Shown here: positions 23,816 to 37,100 of the stretch, one piece after another
How positions within the stretch are numbered: position 1 is the stretch's first letter
Layout of the letters: each line of letters starts with the position of its first letter
From: Epithemia pelagica
Taxonomy: Eukaryota > Protista > Bacillariophyta
Reading direction: 5' to 3'
DNA: 64,000 bases
Assembly (NCBI GenBank): GCA_946965045.2
Contig: OX337239.1
Coordinates: 2,542,001 to 2,606,000, forward strand
The notes under the pieces: model-generated
Seen by the model: the letters and a program-made list of their open reading frames with translations, nothing else
Told to the model about the DNA's origin: nothing
The model's database searches: none
Position numbers and translations under genes: made by a program

Positions 23816-26800
23816 TGGTAGGACGTAAAAAAAATTATGATCTTTAGGAATTAGGCTAGGAAAGTGAGCGATGGCCAGAGAAGCCATCTGCACACGGGAC
23901 AAGGACGGACTGAATTATGCGAACGTCGGTGTCAAAGATTCAACTAGGGACCTATCGAGTCATGTTTACGTGGAGTCGTGGCGGGACAGAGTCCGGGTAC
24001 CGCACTCTACCTCTCCCTGGTCGGACCTAGGAAGTTCGAGCGGGCCATGGGAAAGCTTGATGGCCAGAGGCCAACGGCAGTAAAACCCATGTCACACACG
24101 GTAAGGGATGAGGCGCCTGATATTGATGCGCTCGGTAACGTGGGGACCACGTTGAATGGTCACGGTGCCATTGGAATGGACACGTGTGATAGTGAAAGGA
24201 TTGGGACTGGTACGAAGTGCCAATTTGTCCGGATTGGTAGCGCGGATGAGCACGCGATCTCCAATTTTGTAGTCATGAAAGACGCGAGAGCGATTTGCGA
24301 GTCGAGGTCGTTCGTCAACGATGATTTGTCGTTTTTGACGAATCTATTCCATGTCCGCAAGGATGGGAATATCGAACAGCATGTCGCGGTGGAACGCAAG
24401 ACTGCCGGGAGAATGTTTGAGGCTACCGTGAAAGGCAGTGCGTGCAGAGTATGCAGCGGTTTGCAGAGCAGTGTCGACCATGAGAGCGGCCTGATCAATG
24501 TTTTGCGGCGGCTCGTAGTTAACGATAGCGCGTAACGAATTGCCAATCGTCAGATGAAGACGTTCACATAGGGCATTGGATTGTGGATTTTTGACCGTTA
24601 GGGGCACTGGCTTGACACCATGATTACGAAGCACTTGCGTAAACGCATGGCCGATGAACTCGCCGCCTTGATTGAAAAGGCAACGAACAGGGCGAGGATA
24701 GCGTGAAAGCCATGAATTCTCGAGTTGGAGACCAACGTGTCGAGCGGTTTTATCGTATATGCGGATAATCTCGCAAAAATTGGTGACAGTGTCAATGACC
24801 GTCAGAGCCTGAAAGGTCAGGGCCATGCCATGGACTTTGACTGTCCAGGGGCCGATGAGATCGACGGCAATGTCGGACCAGGGATTACCACGGACCTCAC
24901 GAGGAGGCAATCCTCCGTAATGTCGATGAACGACCTTCGACCGTTGACAGGTCGGACAGCTCGAAACAGCTTGATCGCAGTAGAGTCCCAATTGGGGATG
25001 TGTCATGTGCATGGCGATAGTATCGCGGAGTCGCGTGGAACCAGCGTGGTTAAGCACGAGATGATACCAGTTGACTGTATGCGCGAGAAGCGAGTCAGGA
25101 ATGCGAATGCGCCAGAGGGCATGAACCGATTGTCGATAACAGACAAGGTTGTATTGTGGGTTTTCCGTAGGAAAGGGTTGCAAATGATAATAGTCAGGTT
25201 TGGATTGGACCAACGCCATTAAGGCGGCATCGTTTTGTTGATGCTGAAATATCGTAGCATAATCAACCGGTAGGGGTTGGTTGGCCGTAATGGCGGGATG
25301 ATTAAGATACACATCGATCAACTCTTCGTCCATGAAAATAGGGGATTCATGAGAATCCGCGTCACGAGACGCTAAGCGGGGGTCATCATTAGGCGCACGA
25401 GGAACCTGAAACACGGAGTGTTTGCCGCTATGATCGAAAAGGGATCGTGGTCCAGACGAGGGACCATCGGAAGGGACCTTGGAAGGGACACTGAGGGACC
25501 ATCGGAAGGGACCTTGGAAGGGACACTCTTCTCCTCCTCCTCTGAAAGAGGGAGACGCGACAACGCGTCGGCGATGACGTTATCCTGGCCAGGAATGTAA
25601 TGAAAGATGGGATTGTATTCTTCGAGAAAGAGACGCCAACGAAGGACTCGTTGGGAGTTGAGAGTGGAATAGGTGAGATTTTTGTGATCGGTATGAATGT
25701 GCAAGGCGGCACAGCCAAGCAACATGGAGCGGAACTCCTTGAGGGTTTCGACGATGGAGAGTAACTCCTTTTCCATAGTGGTGTAATTCCGCTGAGCGGG
25801 GTTGAGCTTGCGTGAGAAATACGCGACAGGGATGTTTTCCTGCATGATAACAGCGCCGAGCTGATAGTCAGACGCGTCCACATAGACGTGGAAAGGAATG
25901 TTGTGATCGGGATAGCGGATGAACGCATCATGCGCAAGCATGGCTTTGACGTTTTCAAAGGCTTTCTGACATTGCGGGGACCATTCAAAGGTCTTCTTGC
26001 CGGTCAAGGCTGTTAGCGGAGCTAAGTGATGGGATCGCTGAGGATACATGTGACGATAGAAATTAACCATGCCAATGAAGGAACGTAGTTCTTTCATGGT
26101 GCGAGGAGGCGATAAAGCCAGAATCGCGGAAATCTTTTTCTTCCATGGTCGTAGACCTGTAGGCGTGAGCCAATGGCCAAGGAAGTCGGTTTCCTGCACG
26201 GCCCATTCACATTTGTGAGGAGTGATAGAAAAGTTCTTGTCTTGAAGACGTTGGAGGACTTTGTTGAGAATCTCGACATGTTCTTCCCAACTGTCGGAAA
26301 AGACGCCGATATCGTCGATGTAGACTTTGACGTGAACGCGAAAGTCAGCGAGGACTTCTTCCATGAGCTCCTGACAGAAGTCTGGGGATTGCTTAACTCC
26401 CATAGGGAGACGACGATAGCGAAATTTGCCAAAAGGCGTGGTGATAACGCAAAGATTGCTGGAAAACTCGTCGAGTTTGAAAGTGTGAAAACACATAGAG
26501 ATGTCAAGTTTTGTGAAATACTTGTAGCCTTTGCGTCGTCGAAGGATATCTTCGATCCTTGGAAAGGGATAGACGCGGCGATACATTTGCGCATTAAGCG
26601 AACGAAAGTCCGAGATCATTCGGATTCGTCCATCCTTTTTAGGAATGGCGAAATGAGGAGCGGCCCATTCAGTGGAACCAACTCGTTCGAGAATGCCGAT
26701 ATCGACAAACCGAAACAATTCCTTTTTAAAGGTGTCATGGATATTGCGAGGGACCGCATAATGACGATGATGAGCCGGTTTGGCATCGGGCATGAGATCG

Positions 26801-28120
26801 AGATGCAACTCTTTGTCCGGATAGGCACGCAGGACGCCATCAAAGATGCGCCCGCATTTCAGCCACACACCAAGAAGATCTTGTTGTTGTGAGGGCGTCA
26901 GATGAGTCTGTTGAGCAAGAAGCTCATCGAGATCTGCCTGTTTGTAATTTGAATCAAGCAGGTAATCGTCACCGAGGACGTCATCATCTGCGAAGAGATC
27001 GATGAAATGTGAGACGAACTCGTGTTCAGTCGCGAATGAATCGCGATCGCGCATGGCGACTTCAATGGAGTCCCACGAGGAGATCCCACGATCGAAATCA
27101 AGAAGGACGCCCAGACGGCGAAGCAAATTGCGACCGATGATGATATCATAGCGACTGTTGGGAGCATCATAGATGTCGACCCATAAGGGATAGGTTACGT
27201 GTTTGGTTCGTGAGAACTCTGGGAGAACAATGTCTTCCAGGAGAATTTCGGACACACCGGAACGAGTTCCCATGGTCGTGTTCACGGAACGGTCGGTAGA
27301 CCGCGGTATCATGCCTGGTTGAAGGCAGCGTGAATGAAGAATCGTCTTGTCAGCGCCTGAATCGAGCAGGGCACGCAAGGGAAGCGTATTCTCAACACCG
27401 CCAATATGGCGAGCCATGACGATGGTGAGTGGGACGCATTCAGGCCGAGAAGGCGAATCTAACGAATGAACATCACTAGATGAAGGAAATTGGGAGTAGA
27501 ACTCATCATAAGAATCTAGGTTATCCAAGTAACCGTTATTAGGATCAATCACCTCGCTTATAAAAGCGTCATCACGACATAGAGACGCGGGCGTAAGCAG
27601 CAAGACCTCCTTGGGTGGACAGGTCGTAGATGTGGGAAATGTCCATTCCGCGCCCATAGATTTTATTGAGCTGGTCGATGACCTCGTTGATGGGTGCATC
27701 GGGATGGATTGCGCTGCCGGCATAGCCGTTGGCGGGCCAGTTTGGATCTGACATTGCTGCGAGAACAAAATGTCCAGGTGATGAGTCTGATCGTCAGGAG
27801 ACGAGGAAAAGGAAGATGAAAGGTGAGACGTACCGGGGACCGTCTTTTCAGGATTGCGAAGATCGCTCCACTGCTGGATTCCCTCAGCATCGACAGGAAT
27901 GGTAGGAACGCATCCTGGAGGAGGAGCTACGGCAGGAGGATTGGCAGGAACGGCATTCCATCCATTGCCGGCACCAGCAGAGTCAGAGGCGTGTTGATCA
28001 CTGCCACGACCTGGGGCAGAAGGACGAGAGCCCCAAGTGGAACGCAGAGGAGCGGAAGAGCCACCACGCGGGTTGTTATTGCCATTGGAACCACCACCTT
28101 GAGGAGGATTGTTTCCGGCG
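23816..28120 (-). mobile_element. Ty3/Gypsy LTR retrotransposon remnant (PR-RT-RH-IN, 5'-truncated)
   Basis: Protease LLDSGAD, RT VYIDD, RNase H VDASDYQLG/NVIADALSRL, integrase HHCC plus DLIGPW...QSNALCERLH. Frameshift near 25420, TAG at 24344, integrase tail to TGA 24092. A purine tract AGGGAGAGGTAGAG followed by TG at 24004 suggests the 3' LTR start. The other LTR boundary and the 5' LTR were not found. Confidence 0.88.
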
Positions 28121-29234
28121 TTGTCGATTAGAGGCTTTCCATCAAACAGATCGGTATTGTGAAACTTTTGTTCCCTGTACATCTGACCGTGCACTAGTAT
28201 GATGTCCTTCTGTATGCCCTGGATATTGAGTTGGTTTCTGCAATGCTTGTAGAGATGGACGATCGCCTTTCGCAAATTGGAGTACACCATCATCTTCCGA
28301 CCTCCAGAGGACCGTGAAAGCTTGATCAAGACGCGCTTGATACGTTGAAGGGGAGACTCCTGGAAGCTCAATTCGAGGAAGACCTTTCGGCGGTGAACTC
28401 CTGAATGACAATGTGGCCATTAAAAATCGGTCGTGGGGTGGTAAGAAAGCCCTGTAAGATATTCTAAGTAGTTGACCATTGTAGCTGAAGCCGTAGCGGT
28501 CATGAAAAGGATGGGAATCGGATTTGGACTGCGTTTTTCTGCATTTCTGAACAACATGTTCTTTAGGACTCCGAATTACACCCTAAATTCCATGCCATGG
28601 GCAGCGTATAAGTGGCACTTGTCCAGGGCTAAGAGCGACAAGGTGCCTCTTGCCATAAAGGGTCTCTCGTTATTTTCTGAGGAGAGGAAAAGAGAATAAC
28701 CCTGCTCTTGGATTGTTGGGTAAATTGAGTCAAATTGTGGCGGAGGGTGGCATTCGCCTTGTGAGAGCATATGATATGAAGGTTGAAGACATGTAGGCGT
28801 TTCGAGAGGCGTTGTTGTATGCGGAGTTGCTGAATTGTTGTTGTTTGATCAGCAGAGAGGCTCAACAGGGGGACTATGGTGAGAGTAATTCCACCGGTTA
28901 AAAAACCGCACACATCTCATACGGCGGACTTTCCGCCACCCGTTGAGCGAACGAGTAATAAGGGTCGCAAAGTCATATCTTTTTGGCGCTCCGCATGGCG
29001 TCGGAGAACTTCGGCACAAGCATCGGTCTGCCATAGGCGGGTGGTCTTGCCGTGCCAATCCGAAAAACATAGGTTTATGGACTCTGTTAGCTTGGGGGGG
29101 AGGGTCTGGAGTATAGACGGAAGGGACAGAGAGGGATGGGGGCACTTCGTTGCTTTTCTGGGTGTCTTGAGTGACGCTTCATTTGTTTCGTTCTCGTCTG
29201 TGGAAGTCGTGGTGGAGTGGGGCCTGGTGGACAA
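28120..29234 (-). pseudogene. RecQ-like SF2 helicase relic (possibly AcademH helicase), truncated by the Gypsy remnant
   Basis: Manual joining gives motif I STGGGKS, Ia TIVPLLSLSADQ, II ALDKCH (degenerate DExH), III ILFMTATA and HELICc start MVYSN...VHGQM. There are several stops (e.g. TGA 28917) and a frameshift near 28640. Confidence 0.75.
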
Positions 29235-29809
29235 CGCGTTCTACGAATGAGACTTGGGGAAAGTGTCCGAGCTGAAAAAGGTGCAAAATTGATTTAGTAT
29301 CAACAACGACTAGGTCAGTCTCATGGTGGATGCGTTGTGGTTGGTGTGAAAGTGGAAAAATTGGCGATTTTGGACCCTCGCGCCATGGCGGTGAGTATAG
29401 GAATGCAATGGAAGTGCGACCCAACTCACCCTCCGCTGAGGGGTACTATTTTTGGGACTCTTTTCTTTTGTGGTTTTAGGGCATGAGCGGTCGTAGTCGT
29501 TGGAATAGAATAGCAACAACTCGGCAAATCTGTGCTATTCCATGAAAATGGCTGTGCAGCGCGTGGATCAAACCCGGACCAAAATTTATATCTGCGTTAT
29601 TCCTCTTTTTTTGGGCACAGATTTCGCGAATCTGTGCACAGTCTCTTCCAGAACAAAAGTGGATCCATTCAGTCCTGGCACTTAGTCACGAGACGTCTCG
29701 CTTGTCCATATGTACAATCTGACTATTCAGTAGTATTGTACAATTGCACGCGCGTCAACAATGTGAACGGATGACGGGCGAAAAAGTCAAACCGCTTCAC
29801 GCAAGCCAT

Positions 29810-30022
29810 TGTCGTGGGCGCGCCAAACCGCTATATTTTCTATATTTGTTCCCTTTTTGTTGCCATTTCTGTTTTTTACGGCTGCACAGATTTGTTCAAA
29901 CGTACAACGAATAAGACTGCATGAGTCACGCTCATTTGTTCCTATTCTATTCCAACGACTGCTCATGCCCTTAGCGTTATAGTATCTTTAATTGCTCGTA
30001 AGGTATCGACTGAAGCAAGACA
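29810..30022 (+). repeat. Diverged solo-LTR-like fragment related to the 45791/58207 LTR
   Basis: The 3' end TAAGGTATCGACTGAAGCAAGACA resembles TAAGGTATCGACTGGAACAAGACA. The 5' boundary is uncertain. Confidence 0.45.
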
Positions 30023-30098
30023 GATCTGTGTGTTTTTGGGGTCCCCCTTGCGCGAACAACATGCAGAGTATTGTATTTACACATATTATTTTGATTGC

Positions 30099-30911
30099 TT
30101 ATTGAGAAGTAATGAGTTCATTGTAAAACATCTGAAAAGTCAAACTCGGAGATCGCAACAGTGGAGGCAACATAAAGGTTTTTCCCTTATTACCATCACG
30201 CTGCTGATTTACAAAAAACATGTTAACAAGATCACCCTGATCTCTAGAAGTTACTGTGAAACCCTTTTGTTCCATGAATGAAGCTGGTTCATGAGACTTG
30301 CACTCTCCTTCACGAAGTGAACGGTTACTCATTGATGACGAACATTCAATCCCAATTGTATCAATCCTGGAGAGATATTGGCCACCACTCTTTAGGACCT
30401 GCAAGTCCGCACCCTCAGCATCCACCTTCACATTTAGAGAATAGATGTGGTGTGGAATCATAGCAATCAAACTGTCCAATCAAAACACCAATGTTTTCAA
30501 TGATTTTTGGGACTTGGCGCATCAAAATTTGTTCTCTGATGACTCGGACAACAGTGAACTGCACGCTGGCCCGGAACCCACATGAAAATCAACAATTCCT
30601 TCATGTTCCCCGACAGCTGCTCGGATATAGAAGGCTTGGTTCATATAGTTTGGGTCAAGTCATTTACCAGAATTTATCATGGCATATTCTGAAGTACGCT
30701 TTGCCAACGATATAATGCTATCCGGCAAGGGATCCACCAAAATCATTGCAGTGGAAGTGACGGAATCTTGCTTACTGTTCTTGTGTGATTCAGCAAGATT
30801 TTCCAGAGACTGAAGGTAGTCGGATCTGTTACACGTCATTTCAGTGCAAAAGACATTTGAATGCAATGCAATCATTTGTCGGAACAAATGATTGCATGTT
30901 TCTGCGACCAT
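30099..30911 (-). pseudogene. FkbM (Methyltransf_21)-type methyltransferase relic
   Basis: KVDAEGADLQVLKSG...IGIEC motif, with in-frame stops upstream of 30479 and a YIRAAVG segment in another frame. Confidence 0.6.
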
Positions 30912-31226
30912 TTGATTTGTCGGGTTCAGTCACGGATTACCTCAACCCCTAGATCTTCATCCAACATCCTCATCGTTCAACATCCCATATGTTATCTCTC
31001 ACAACGACACTACTCCTTTTCCATCCATTGCTGCTTCCAGAACAATCAACCATGTCTCAGGCTAACAAGAAGACGAAGCCTTTAATCAAACATAAGAGAA
31101 ATTCCAACCGAATAAACCGCCCTCCAGCAATCATTCATGTGTACCAGAGTGTTTGCAACCCTGTCAAACATGAACTGTTTTGTTTTGACACGGACAATTT
31201 CAATCTTCTTCTGACAGAGATGGTAT

Positions 31227-32444
31227 TGAATAAAATGCGACGGGCCCTCGCTATTTGGCCCGGGGCTTGCTGTTTGGCCCCTCCGTGAGCGATCGCCCCC
31301 TATGGGGCACCCCCTAGTTAAGTTGCCATAATTTCTGATAGTTTGATTGTTGCAAGCCGTATTTTGCGTCTGACCGTCAGTTTTATTCAGTTTATCAGAC
31401 CCACCATGTAGAGCCGCAGTGGTTTAGTGGTAAAAAAGTTTGCTGTTGGTTCGTGTAAGGGGTTCGAATCCCCTCAGACTCAGCTTTAAGTTAAGACCAT
31501 CAATTTCTGGGGGCCGCCATATTTGGGGTGTATGGTACAAGACGTTTCCCCGCTGGTAAAAGTGCATGTTCTTCTCAAGAGAGGCCGTAACCTGAGCCTT
31601 CGGGCAACAACGGATATACCTCTTTGTTCATAAAAGCCATGTGCGTAGATGAGCGGGGGAACTTGTAATTTTTTTTGTCATGTTGTCCTTGTTGTCCCCT
31701 TGTTTTTCCCACATAAGCCGGAGGGCAAGCGCCTGATCAACGCTTTGGGAGGTTTTTGCGATAAGCCGTCTACTCACGCGATTGTATGCCTAACTAATCG
31801 TTACAAAGCGTTAACGATATTTAAATGAGCCTGCTGGCTTGGACAGCGTCGGTCGATGCCTCGCTATTTTTTAATGTCGCAGATTATCTCACTGAGATAT
31901 GCATTCACTCTCACTTTCGCAAATTTCTGCAAGACGTGAAGCCTTTATCTCTCTATCTCCTATCTTCCCTCCTCTACCCTCGTTGCTACTATGGATGCTA
32001 ATGCATTTCGTACTGCCTTGGGCCGCTGTGGATATAACCAAGCAACTGTCGCCGTCCTTACGGACCAGGGCTTTAGCACGACCACTGAGTTTCTTGCCTT
32101 TCCCATCAACGAAGTGAAGCCCATGCTGAAGGCTTTGTCTCGAATGACAAATCATCCTGACGACGTTACCTTTCCGTACCAAGCCAACCTCAAGTTTGAA
32201 GGCTTCCGTCGTTGGTTGGAGTACCGTTCTGTCCGTGGAGAGACTCTTACTGCTGGAACTTTTGAAGGTGCTGTCATTGTCAAGTGGATGAAACGCGTAA
32301 CGGAACTCGCGAATGCCACGACAACTGATGGTCAAGATGACCCAGTTCCACCCAAGAAGTTGTCTAGTCTTGCTGACTGGGAAAGCCACGACGGAATGTG
32401 GCTCAAATACCTGGGCAAGCATTGTAATCCTACGACAGGGGTGC
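31227..32444 (+). mobile_element. CoDi-type copia 5' fragment (element D): LTR 31227-31389, PBS 31390-31404, gag start 31991, truncated about 32444
   Basis: LTR TGAATAAA...TTTATTCA is homologous to 43660-43899. Gag MDANAFRTALGRCGY... is paralogous to 43163 and is cut after NPTTGV. Confidence 0.85.
31411..31482 (+). other. Degenerate tRNA-like sequence (Pol III A/B boxes), not a canonical tRNA
   Basis: TGGTTTAGTGG A-box and perfect T-arm AGGGG-TTCGAAT-CCCCT. The acceptor and anticodon stems pair poorly. Confidence 0.5.
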
Positions 32445-34199
32445 TGTCACCCAACAAATACCGCAATCCACAGTTCGATAACCCGGAAAATTACGTTTAA
32501 TCCGTCTACTTCAAATACCGAGCGTTTTTTCCTAGCGATAAAAGTCTCGTTGGTTTTTCACTTCTCATCAGTTGCAAAAAACAAATTTTGGTTTCCCCAC
32601 CTTCACTCTTTTTGGCCGTGTTTGTCTCTTGTAAGTAACCTCATCTGATGCCCTGCTCCATTATCATTGCTCTTGTTATGTTTTTGTTGTTGATGACCAA
32701 AACTTGGCATCAATCGACCCGGAATCCATTGCAATCACCTCCTCCACATTTTCCAATTTTCCATCAAAATTTCCCCCACTTGTCTCATTCGTTTCCTCCA
32801 TCGCTTTTCTTGCGACTTAAAAGCGACCATTCACCGTGTGTTGATTTGTCTGATCCGACAGATTAACCTGTCAAATTTCCATCTGACATATTGCTCAACA
32901 AGAGACTCAAACTCACGTTTTTCTTAATTTTATTCTAATTTGTCTACTACAAATTAACACATACACGTGTAACTACATGTGTACACGTGTAACATGACAC
33001 ATTCACGTGTATCTTTCATCATTCCAATGGGTTATGATACCGGGTCACCCTGTCACACTCATGCTGTCACACCAAACATCAGACAGCAAATCACCTCTTC
33101 TCTTCCAATCCAAGGAAACGGTCTATCTTCTTCTTTCCTGGTGGTTTCTCCTTCAAGATTCAATACGACACGTAATCTGTCTGTCGCAAACGACAGTTTA
33201 GTAGTTTGGACAGCTTGTGGATGGAGACGACAGTGTGGTAGCTCTTCCAACAGATTACGTTCCCCATGGCCAGGAAAGTAAGGAAGAAGTCAAGATCCAA
33301 GGGTTTGGATGAGGATGACGTAGCTTTGCTACGACCATTGCTCGACCAGTTGAAAAAATCCAACGATGATACGCGTGGAAAGAAAAGGAAGCGACCGTCT
33401 AAGCGTTATCCTAAACAATGACAACAGTACAACGATCAGGAATCGTCATCATCATCTTCTTCTTCTGCCGAGTCAGAAAAATCATGATCTATGGATTTGT
33501 CATCCGCAACACCTGACTGATGTGGAGGGCGTTTTAGCGAAACAACAACGGGGACAGGAGGTTGTTAACTATCACTATTTGGACTCTTCCATGCTACCGG
33601 AGCTGCTGCTGTCTGAGTCATTGTTGGAACGCTCATTGAATCCGGACTGTCCCTTCGCTTCATTCCACCCGCTATTGTTGTTCGAACCATGGTCCTCGTC
33701 AGATGCTTGCTTCAATTCGTGTTGACGCGTGCCCATTCTCTCGATGTCCATTGATGTCTCTGTTGCTCCTGAACATCGGTTTTTCAAGAACTTCAAGAGT
33801 GCGCCCTTTTTACGTGTGACATATCAAAAATGACTGTGGTGCGATACTATTGATCTATTGATTTTAACGCGACTGTGACGACTGTGATACGATACTATTG
33901 GTTTACTGATTTTAACACGACTGTGATGCGATAAGGTGAAAAAGTACGATTCCCTATACCTATGTTACCGGGGTGTACTTTGATGACATCATAGCACTAT
34001 AACAATGTCGGAAGAAAGGCATGTAGTTGTGAAAGTTCCCGAATGACATTGTAACCAGCCATTTTGACCAAACCAGCCATTTTGACCATGAGTCCTGGTC
34101 CATGACATGACAGAACGGTGAATTGTATTGCGATGACTCATAGGGATCTCGGAGTTCATTATACATCAACTCGGTGGCGTTTCTGATTATATCTTGTGC

Positions 34200-37100
34200 A
34201 TGTTTGGGGATAGTCCCTGGTCCCTTGCAATTCGGCTCCAATGGACTGTTTATTTGGGAAGGTGATGAAGGGGATTCGGCTGTCCGTTCTGCCTACTCAT
34301 ATTCCGCGTCGATGCGACTTCGAGTATAAATCTAGACAAAATGCTTCGCCCTTTGACAGGCAGTAAGCATCTTAGACACTTGCACAAACGCGGTCTCCGT
34401 TCCATTATGACTCATGCCCTTTTTAAGGGCATGAGTCGCTCCATTATTTTATCCAATGAACTTTCCTTCGTGTACATCGAACGACAGCTTCCTGTCTTCT
34501 GTCTTTTGGTACGGTTGAGCCGGAGCTGTTGTAAAACTGAGATGGAAAGTTTGTGATAATACAGCTCTATCAAGCGTAGTTGTGTTTTGAAGGAGACCTA
34601 TTTTTTGGTAACGGACCAATATGGCTGGTACTCCACAACACCTGCCTCCATAGATAGACTGTCACCCTGTTGTTCCGCCTCCAGAAATGCCATGTACTTT
34701 CGCATGAGCAACAAATAGTTGCACTGAAAACCCAACAACCAGTCTTTTGATTCCCTGACTTGTCGGTTGAGGAACTCTACGTAAGAATCCTTTGCTAGGA
34801 ATGCTGCCAGAGCTTCACTGCGTAGGTCTTGATAGACACGAACCCGCTTTCCAGAGAAATCAAATGGATTGCCATGTTCATTTGTATCGGTTTTGTAAGT
34901 TCCGTAACAAACAGAGAGAAGCACATCGTATAGCCTTTGGTTACTTGTTTGTAATTCGAACGTAGGTTGTTGGATGAAAGACAAGTTGGGGCGCTCAAGG
35001 TAGGTGAGCACCAAATCGGGAAAAACGGGCAGTCACCCGTGTGAAGGTCGAACTCTGCCCTTGTTGGAATTGTAGACGTCGACCGGCTTGTAGATTGTCG
35101 AAAACACAAAGTAAGTTAGTGCACCGACGAATGGCACGCTTACTTTGATTTTCGTAGGAATCCAGCCATTTTTGCACTCTGCGCTCCATCGTCCATTTGG
35201 ATACGGACAACCCCATTCACACTGGTATCTGTGTGGCAAGTGAAAGCAAATGCCATAGCAAAGGGGACAAGTCGATGATTGTTTTGTTTTCGGACCCTCA
35301 AAATAAATTGCAAAAGACGTCCAATGAAAAGCGTAAACGAAGCATCAACGCATGACCGGACTTGGCGTCAGACATCTCGAGATTCTCTAATCTGCTGCTG
35401 TATCCGTTGCATGACATTAACGTTTTGTAATGGAAGGGAAGGCGTTGCTCAAAGTCGTTTGCAAGGGAGCCGGTTTCGGCTTCGGGCAGAAACTTCTCAA
35501 AAATGTTTGTGAAGCGTTCGAAGCAGTCCTCCATTCGTTCCAAGATGCGCTCGTCCATGTAATCGCAGTAGGGTTTTACGACGTCTGGTTCAAAAACAAG
35601 TGGAGGGGGTGCGTTCGCAGCTTCCTCTTTTGCCTCTCCAATACCCCGGAGATAATCGTCTTTTGCGTGTGCCATTTTATAGTTGTATTTGCAACGCTCC
35701 CACACACCTTTCAATTCCGAAAGTAGAAACCGATCGCCGGTCGTTTCCTGAACCAGACGATGTAGCAGGGTAGCCTGGTCGTCGCCACTGTCTTTCAATG
35801 CCCTGAAATGGGACAGCCAATTGCGGTCCGGTGGATGGTAGTCTGCCTTGACAAAGATACTCTGCGGGAATGAAAATAGTTTAAACCACGTAAAGAGCTA
35901 GAGAAAGCAATCACTGGGGGGTGACAGTAGGTTACTCACCATCTGATGACAAAATGGGAAAGCAGATTCGAACTCCTTTTTGGTGATACTCTGACAACGC
36001 CTCCACAACAGCGTCGTATGTTTTGGAACCCGTAACGCTTTCGACGTCTGCGTTCTTATGTACCCATGCAATCAATTGCTTGTATTGTCGACCCTGGCAG
36101 GACACAATCAGAACATAATGCGATTGATTCGTCTTGTCGCGAACCTTGGTCCATTTCTTGGAATATTTTGGAGGCAGGGTAGTGTCGTCGAAGAAAAGGA
36201 CGATAGGCAGGTTTTCCTTGATGAACCACAGATCCTCCAACAATAGTGTCCGCAAGGCAAACGACGTGACAAGTTGCAAGGGTGCTGGTGCAGCGTCTGT
36301 CGCATTTGATGGATTGTTGTTGCTTACTTCTGTGAAGCCGATAACTCAACTTCGTCGCGTTTCCGTTTGGTGTTTGTGGTTTTAAAACGCCGTTGGTTGG
36401 ACAAGCCAGTAGGGTGTAGTTCTTTGCCCTCTTCATGATTTGGGCACAGTTGTTTTTCACAAGGGTAAGGGTCGAGTGTTGATTGCTATCATGAGTTTCG
36501 GTGACAAGGATTAACGGAGGCTGTGTGGACGCAGGACCAGGATTGGTACATGGAAGGGGAGCAATCCGACGCAAACGTATAAGGAACGAGCCCTCCGTGA
36601 CATTCCTCAGCTGAACGTTGAGGTTTGGAGGAGGTGGTTTCTTTCCTTGTACTGGTGCACGTGATGGTGCACGTGTTAGAACAAGAGGAGTATCGATGGT
36701 CTGGGGAGGGGGATCCACGGGTGGGTTGGAGGTACCGGAGAGGGGCGACGACGGTGCCGTATTGTCGGATGGAGGGATGGTGGTGTTTATTTCGTTTGGC
36801 GGGCGACGAAATTGCACTTCAATAGCTGGGAGAAGATTCATTTGTTTGGGCGGGGACGATTGTGTCCCGTATTGCATCGGTCCGAAGGAATGTTGGCAAT
36901 GCCAAACATTGAAACAAAAGGACGATACCTTGGAATGCACCAACGCCACGGGTTGAGCCACTGTTGTAGGATTGGCGGGCGATGGCCCAATGGTTGTCAG
37001 TGGGAAAGCTGCAGAAAAGGTCGCTGGTTGTTGTGCAGATGAACTGGAATGCCTTAGGTTACTGCGGTCGGATGTGGACGGAATGATGGACAGGTCACTT

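Noticed and set aside
23816-29500. A complete Gypsy element with paired LTRs
   Set aside because: No second copy of the 23816-24004 sequence upstream of pol; helicase sequence is there instead.
33266-33421. Short basic plus-strand ORF MARKVRKKSRSK...KRYPKQ
   Set aside because: 51 codons followed by further stops, with no domain evidence; possibly a TE gene remnant.
32445-35926. TGTCACCC...GGGTGACA as TIRs of one element
   Set aside because: Only 8 bp, no TSD, and the right copy lies within a probable minus-strand intron of the Academ-like gene.
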